Assembly: GCA_043819795.1 (NCBI GenBank)
Contig: JBDREN010000049.1
Location: forward strand, 2,379 to 66,378
DNA: 64,000 nucleotides
Source of the DNA: Elusimicrobiota bacterium
GTDB lineage: Bacteria > Elusimicrobiota > Elusimicrobia > UBA1565
Direction of reading: 5' to 3'
The stretch's first letter is position 1. Every line of letters begins with the position of its first letter. The position numbers were made by a program, and so were the translations under genes. Positions 59,416-64,000 of this stretch are shown here, in pieces. The notes beneath the pieces are model-generated. The model made no database searches. It was not told where the DNA came from and was given only the letters and a program-made list of their open reading frames with translations.

Positions 59416-60686
59416 AGCGCGCCAGGGAGATCACCGTACGCCATGTGACCCGGGTCGAGGGCCACGGCGACATCCATATCAAGGTGAAAGACGGCCGGCT
59501 CGTGGATGCGCGGTGGGCCGTGGTGGAGACCCCGCGTTTCTTCGAGGCCATGCTCAAGGGCATGTCCCATGATCTGGCGCCCATACTGACGGCCAGGATC
59601 TGCGGCATCTGCTCCATAGGCCACTGCCTGGCGAGCCTGAGGGCGGTGGAGAGGGCCATGGACGTCAAGGTCCCGGAGACCGCGCGGCTGTTGCGCCTGC
59701 TCGCCAAGCACGGCGAGACCCTTCAGAGCCACGCGCTCCACGTGTTCTTCCTGTCCGCGCCCGATCTCTTCAAGGTGGGGAGCGTCATCCCCCTGATCAA
59801 GTCCCATCCCGAGGTCGTCGGCATCGCGGCCAGGCTCAAGAAGCTGGGAAACGACGCTTGCGACCTGATCGCGGGGCGGACCACGCACCCGGTGAGCCTG
59901 GTGGTGGGCGGGCTCAGCAGGCTGCCCACGGACAAGCAGATCGAGGAGCTGAGGGGCGCGTTCCTTGCGAGGCTGCCGGACATGCGCGCGGCCGTCGACC
60001 TCTTCAAGACGCTTCCCATGCCGGACTTCCAGCGGGAGACGGAGTTCGTGTCATTGAAGGGCCAGGGGGACTATCCCTGGATCGGGGGGGATCTCGTGTC
60101 GTCCGACGGCGTCCGCAGGCCGGAGGACGGCTACCTGGCCATGACGAACGAATACAAAGTGGAGTTCAGCACCTCGAAGTTCGCCAAGCTGAGTAGGGAG
60201 TCCTTCGCGGTCGGCGCCCTGGCGAGGTTCAACAACAATCACAAGCATCTGCGGCCGGAGGCGAAGGGAGCCGCCAAGGCGCTGGGCTTGAGTCCCCTGA
60301 GCCACAACCCTTTCATGAACAACGTGGCCCAGCTCGTGGAATGCTATCACGTGATGCTGGAGTCCATCGAGTTGCTGGACGGGCTTCTGGGCCGCCGGGG
60401 AAAGACCGCGTCCCGTCCTTATAAAGTGAAGGCCGGCCGGGGCGTCGCCGCCGTGGAGGTGCCCCGGGGCATCCTCTACCACGAATACGAGCTCGACAAG
60501 AAGGGCAAGGTCGTCAGGGCGAACTGCGTCATCCCCACCACGCAGAACCACGCCAACATCCACCACGATCTCCGGGCGCTCGCCGCGCGGCTGGTGCGGG
60601 AAGGCAAAAGCGACGGGGAGATCACTTTGCTGAGCGAGATGCTGGTCCGGTCCTACGACCCCTGCATCTCCTGCTCCGTCCACTAG
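59412..60686 (+). CDS. [NiFe] hydrogenase large (alpha) subunit, group 3b type, ending at the C-terminal His
   Basis: ATGA overlap. VTRVEGHG, L1 motif [11 protein letters not shown]-terminal DPCISCSVH followed directly by TAG (60684-60686). Confidence 0.9.
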   Translation: MKRAREITVRHVTRVEGHGDIHIKVKDGRLVDARWAVVETPRFFEAMLKGMSHDLAPILTARICGICSIGHCLASLRAVERAMDVKVPETARLLRLLAKHGETLQSHALHVFFLSAPDLFKVGSVIPLIKSHPEVVGIAARLKKLGNDACDLIAGRTTHPVSLVVGGLSRLPTDKQIEELRGAFLARLPDMRAAVDLFKTLPMPDFQRETEFVSLKGQGDYPWIGGDLVSSDGVRRPEDGYLAMTNEYKVEFSTSKFAKLSRESFAVGALARFNNNHKHLRPEAKGAAKALGLSPLSHNPFMNNVAQLVECYHVMLESIELLDGLLGRRGKTASRPYKVKAGRGVAAVEVPRGILYHEYELDKKGKVVRANCVIPTTQNHANIHHDLRALAARLVREGKSDGEITLLSEMLVRSYDPCISCSVH

Positions 60687-61591
60687 AGCAGATCTTTCGC
60701 CTCGGGGAAGCTCGTCTGGGTGCCGGACGAGCGCACGCTGAGGGCGGCCACGCGGTTGGCCCGCCGTACCGCTTCGGGCAGCGCCGTGCCGGAGGCCAGG
60801 AAGAAGGCCAGGCTGCCCACGAACGCGTCCCCGGCTCCGGTCGTGTCGACGGCCTTCACGGGCTCGACGGGCACGTGCTCGGCGCCGCCGCCGGCGACTA
60901 GCAGGCTGCCCCGCTCTCCCAGGGTCAGGATCACCGTCCCCGCTCCGCGCTCCACGAGGACGCGCGCCGCGGCCTCGGCCTCCTTTGGGGTCCCCACCGG
61001 CATGCCGGTCAGGAGCTCGGTCTCGCTCTCGTTGGGGCAGAAGACGTCGCTCAGCCGGTAGAGCTCCTCCGGCAGGTCCGGACGGGCCGGCGCCGGATTG
61101 AAGATGGTCCTTACTCCTTCCTGGCGGGCGATGCGCAGGGCGGCCAAGGAGACCTCCAGGGGGATCTCCAGCTGGCAGACCAGTATCCGGGCGGCGGCGA
61201 TCGACCGGCGCCCGGCCTCGATCTCACCCTCGGTCAGCAGATCGTTGGCTCCGGTCACGATGATGATGGAGTTGCGCCCTTCCGGGTCCACGGCGATCGG
61301 GGCCACTCCCGAGAACGCCCGGTCGGTGAGATGCACATGCCGGGTGTCCACTCCCAGGGACTCGAAGTTCTTCAAGGTGTCCTTGCCGAAGACGTCGTCT
61401 CCCAGCTTGGCCACCATGGCGACGTCGCCTCCCAGTTTGGCGGCCATGACCGCCTGGTTGGCGCCCTTGCCCCCGAATCCCATGTGGAAGCGGGTCCCAT
61501 GCAGAGTCTCGCCCACGCGGGGCAGCCTCGGCACGTAACTGATCAGATCGAGATTGCATGCCCCCACGACGCAGATCTTCGGTCTATCCAT
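60683..61591 (-). CDS. rbsK: Ribokinase
   Basis: GGKGANQAV, NESE, DTTGAGDAFVGSL. GGAGGA lies 6 nt before ATG 61591. Confidence 0.9.
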   Translation of the reverse strand: MDRPKICVVGACNLDLISYVPRLPRVGETLHGTRFHMGFGGKGANQAVMAAKLGGDVAMVAKLGDDVFGKDTLKNFESLGVDTRHVHLTDRAFSGVAPIAVDPEGRNSIIIVTGANDLLTEGEIEAGRRSIAAARILVCQLEIPLEVSLAALRIARQEGVRTIFNPAPARPDLPEELYRLSDVFCPNESETELLTGMPVGTPKEAEAAARVLVERGAGTVILTLGERGSLLVAGGGAEHVPVEPVKAVDTTGAGDAFVGSLAFFLASGTALPEAVRRANRVAALSVRSSGTQTSFPEAKDLL

Positions 61592-61637
61592 GTGGCTTCC
61601 TCCTGAGCGTGCGGCCGGCCAGCTCGTAGATGGTATG

Positions 61638-61681
61638 AAAAAAAGCGGGCGGCGGACCCGGGCCCGAGTCCCGCCGGAAGC
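61638..61681 (-). terminator. Terminator-like GC hairpin + U7 in the 5' leader of rbsK (minus strand)
   Basis: Minus-strand RNA reads CUUCCGGCGGGACUCGGGCCCGGGUCCGCCGCCCGC-UUUUUUU. The A7 run on the plus strand is 61638-61644. It lies 47 nt upstream of the rbsK start codon. Confidence 0.4.
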
Positions 61682-61706
61682 ATCCTACATGTGTTCGGTC
61701 AGGTTA

Positions 61707-61735
61707 TTGATTTGGGAGTACAGTTAAGCTATACT
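61707..61735 (+). promoter_or_regulatory. Putative sigma-70 promoter of the MerR-family gene
   Basis: TTGATT (61707-61712), 17-nt spacer, TATACT (61730-61735) in an AT-rich island. The palindrome CTATATAG overlaps the -10 region. Confidence 0.4.
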
Positions 61736-61756
61736 ATATAGAGTAGCTTTGTAATA

Positions 61757-62272
61757 ATGGTAGACCCTGCAAAGGCTTTTACCGAACCTGTGATTGCGAT
61801 CGGGACGCTGGCTGAGAAGAGCGGCCTTTCCGTATCCGCGATCCGGAAGTACGAGGCGGAGGGCCTGCTCATTCCCTTTCGGACGCCTTCCGGCCATCGC
61901 CTGTTTTCTCACGAGGACATGGACCGGGTGAAGATCATCCGCCACATGATCCAGGAGCTGGGCCTGAACATCGAGGGCATCAGGAGGCTGCAGGCGCTGC
62001 TTCCGTGCTGGGAGCTGGTCCGGTGCTCGGAGGATAAGCGAAGCGAGTGCCCGGCCTACAAAGACAACTCCAAGCCGTGCTGGATGGTCCGGGGAGGGGA
62101 CTGCAGCGCGCGCGGGAACGAATGCCGCAGCTGCGCGGTGTACCGGTTCGGCTCGCAGTGCACCGAGGACATCAAGCGCGTGGTGCACAACCGGGCGGCT
62201 CCGGAGGAGCTGAGCGAGGAAGTGCGGAAGGCTTTGAACAGGCTGGAACAACCTGAGAAGGGGGATAGATGA
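61757..62272 (+). CDS. MerR family transcriptional regulator with C-terminal cysteine-rich (2x PCW) domain
   Basis: MerR HTH IGTLAEKSGLSVSAIRKYEAEGLL..RTPSGHRLFS, then LLPCWELVRCSEDKRSECPAYKDNSKPCWMVRGGDCSARGNECRSCAVYRFGSQC. Confidence 0.85.
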   Translation: MVDPAKAFTEPVIAIGTLAEKSGLSVSAIRKYEAEGLLIPFRTPSGHRLFSHEDMDRVKIIRHMIQELGLNIEGIRRLQALLPCWELVRCSEDKRSECPAYKDNSKPCWMVRGGDCSARGNECRSCAVYRFGSQCTEDIKRVVHNRAAPEELSEEVRKALNRLEQPEKGDR

Positions 62273-63156
62273 TAGTCATACTCACCTATGTCGCGTTGAT
62301 CGTGTTCGGGGCGGGATTCCTTTATAGAGGCTTAAGCATCGCGATGATGCCGGTGCATCTGCGATGGGAGCTCGCGCCCGTGCCGCACGAAAAAGGAAGA
62401 GCCCATTACGGGGGGTCTTACCTGGAGGAGTTCGAGTGGTGGACCAAGCCCAGGGAGAAGTCGCTTGTGGGCGAAGCCTTCTACATGTTCCAGGAGATCG
62501 TCTTCCTCAAGGGAGTCTGGGAGCACAACCGCTCTTTGTGGGTGTTCTCCTTCCCGTTCCATTTCGGTTTGTACCTGCTCGTCGGCATGGGGGGGTGCCT
62601 CATCCTGGCGTCTTTCGGCGTCCCATTCTTCGGCCCGGCGGCTTTGGCCCTCGGAGGAGCGGGCTACGTGCTGGGCAGCGTCGGGACCTTGGGGCTCCTT
62701 GCCAGGCGCGCCTTCGACCCCAAGCTCAAGCCCTTCACCAGCATGGCGTCGTATTTCAACCTCCTGTTCCTGGCGGCGGTGTTCGTGACCGGCTGCGTCG
62801 CGTTGTTCTCGGGGGGCTTTCTGGCGGACATGACCTCCTACCTCAAGGCCGTCGCCTTCGCCGAGGCGGGGCCGGCGCTGGGCGCCGCGATCTCGACGCA
62901 CATCGCCGTGGGGATGCTCTTCCTCGTCTACCTGCCGTTCACCTACATGATGCATTTCGTGGCCAAGTACTTCACCTACCACGAAGTGCGGTGGAACGGC
63001 GAGCCCATGTCGGGCAATGACGCCATGCAGGAAGAGGTCAAGAAGCTGCTCGGGCAGACCGTGACGTGGTCCGCTCCACACATCGGCGCCGACGGCAAGA
63101 AGAACTGGGTCGATATCGCCACCGCGGGGACAGCCAAGGAGAAAAAAGATGCCTAA
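62269..63156 (+). CDS. DsrM/HmeC/NarI-like membrane cytochrome b subunit
   Basis: ATGA overlap with the MerR gene. MPVHLRWELAPVPHEKG, FQEIVFLKGVWEHNRSLWVFSFPFHFGLYLL, YMMHFVAKYFTYH. Confidence 0.75.
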   Translation: MIVILTYVALIVFGAGFLYRGLSIAMMPVHLRWELAPVPHEKGRAHYGGSYLEEFEWWTKPREKSLVGEAFYMFQEIVFLKGVWEHNRSLWVFSFPFHFGLYLLVGMGGCLILASFGVPFFGPAALALGGAGYVLGSVGTLGLLARRAFDPKLKPFTSMASYFNLLFLAAVFVTGCVALFSGGFLADMTSYLKAVAFAEAGPALGAAISTHIAVGMLFLVYLPFTYMMHFVAKYFTYHEVRWNGEPMSGNDAMQEEVKKLLGQTVTWSAPHIGADGKKNWVDIATAGTAKEKKDA

Positions 63157-64000
63157 GCCCCTGAGAGTCGAGGATTTCGGGAAGAACGAAGGGCAGCAGC
63201 TGACCAGCGTCGACATGAGCGACCTGGTCCCCCTGCCGCCCCCTTACGACAAGATCGAGGAGCAGCCGGTATGGAAGGAGATCAAGCCGGAGGCGAAGGA
63301 GAAGATGGCCTGCAACCTCGACGGGGTGGTCGCCTGCAGCCTGCCCAAGCCCAAGGACGCCGCCGAGGAGCAGGAGATCGTCGACAAGTTCGTCTCGGGC
63401 CTTAGGAAAATCCTGACGAAAGAGAACAATTGGACCTTCCTCCAGCCGCTTATGCTGTCTTTGGAGTACTGCGCCAAGTGCCAGACCTGCAACGACGCCT
63501 GCCCGGTCTACGAATTCAGCGGCAAGAACGACCTCTACCGGCCCACTTACCGTTCCGAGGTGTGGCGGCGCCTGGTCAACAAGTACGTCAAGTCCGGCCC
63601 CAAGTGGCTGGCGAAGTTCAAGCACGGGGATATCGACCTTAACTGGACGACGGTCTCGAGGCTCTACGAGCTTGCCTACCGCTGCACCTTGTGCCGCCGC
63701 TGCGCGCAGGCCTGCCCCATGGGAGTCGACAACGGGCTCATCACCCACGAGCTGCGCAAGATCTTCAGCCAGGAGCTGGGCTGGGCCCCGAAGGAGCTCC
63801 ATGAGAAGGGCACCGTGCTGCAGCTCGATGTCGGCTCCTCGACGGGCATGAGCCCCCTGGTGGTCAAGGACAACATCGAGTTCGTGGACGAGGACTTCTC
63901 CGAGGAGTCCGGCCTGGACGCCAAGACTCCGTGGGACAAGGAGGGCGCGGAGGTCCTGCTCATCCATAACGCGGGCGAGATCATGACCTGGCCGGAGAAC
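63149..64000 (+). CDS. DsrK/HdrD/HmeD-like iron-sulfur protein, 3' end beyond window
   Basis: Not in the ORF track because no stop is reached. I translated it by hand: ATG 63149 after AAGGAG, open to nt 64000. EYCAKCQTCNDACPVY and YRCTLCRRCAQACPMGVDN. Confidence 0.8.
   Translation, partial: MPKPLRVEDFGKNEGQQLTSVDMSDLVPLPPPYDKIEEQPVWKEIKPEAKEKMACNLDGVVACSLPKPKDAAEEQEIVDKFVSGLRKILTKENNWTFLQPLMLSLEYCAKCQTCNDACPVYEFSGKNDLYRPTYRSEVWRRLVNKYVKSGPKWLAKFKHGDIDLNWTTVSRLYELAYRCTLCRRCAQACPMGVDNGLITHELRKIFSQELGWAPKELHEKGTVLQLDVGSSTGMSPLVVKDNIEFVDEDFSEESGLDAKTPWDKEGAEVLLIHNAGEIMTWPEN

Noticed and set aside
59412-60686. Possible selenocysteine (in-frame TGA) in the hydrogenase or HdrD-like genes.
   Set aside because: All four Ni-Fe ligand positions are encoded by TGC Cys codons, and the ORFs are uninterrupted. 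No SECIS-like context is needed.

Overview
GC-rich, gene-dense chromosomal window from a diderm bacterium, probably anaerobic and uncultivated. I call 52 protein-coding genes, two of which run off the window ends. I found no rRNA, tRNA or CRISPR array. 0-22 kb holds envelope and stress housekeeping genes: MscS, MgtC, MFS, CbpA/CbpM, BamE-like, AsmA, cardiolipin synthase, and an LdtD-like L,D-transpeptidase with an M15A peptidase. It also holds an odd operon of an exported, domain-permuted PEP-utilising (dikinase-like) protein and two exported beta-lactamase-fold paralogues. 22.9-28.6 kb is a tightly packed 4-gene operon that I cannot map onto a described pathway: threonine-synthase-like PLP enzyme, DUF1611, a PP-loop::creatininase fusion, and a dipeptide-epimerase-type enolase. 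30-47 kb holds DUF502, MgtE, TamAB, an aminotransferase, an NCS2 purine permease, KptA, an M29 aminopeptidase, a 1324-aa soluble hybrid histidine kinase and an orphan solute-binding protein. 47.0-48.0 kb is about 1 kb of non-coding DNA with a perfect hairpin, a MITE-like element (29-bp terminal inverted repeats) and an AT-rich promoter island. 48-64 kb is the most interesting part, a regulated redox island. It begins with a PAS-type enhancer-binding protein whose GAFTGA motif is degenerate. Next is an Hmc/DsrMKJOP-like membrane complex: HdrD/DsrK-like, NarI/DsrM-like, a four-cluster ferredoxin without a signal peptide, and NrfD fused to a hexahaem cytochrome c. Then come a PAS histidine kinase with two receiver-only regulators and a four-subunit group-3b-type [NiFe] hydrogenase whose large subunit has no C-terminal extension. 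After a ribokinase gene on the opposite strand comes a MerR regulator with a double PCW cysteine-rich domain, directly upstream of a second DsrMK-like pair. All calls rest on reading the translated ORFs and the DNA by eye. No database search was run.
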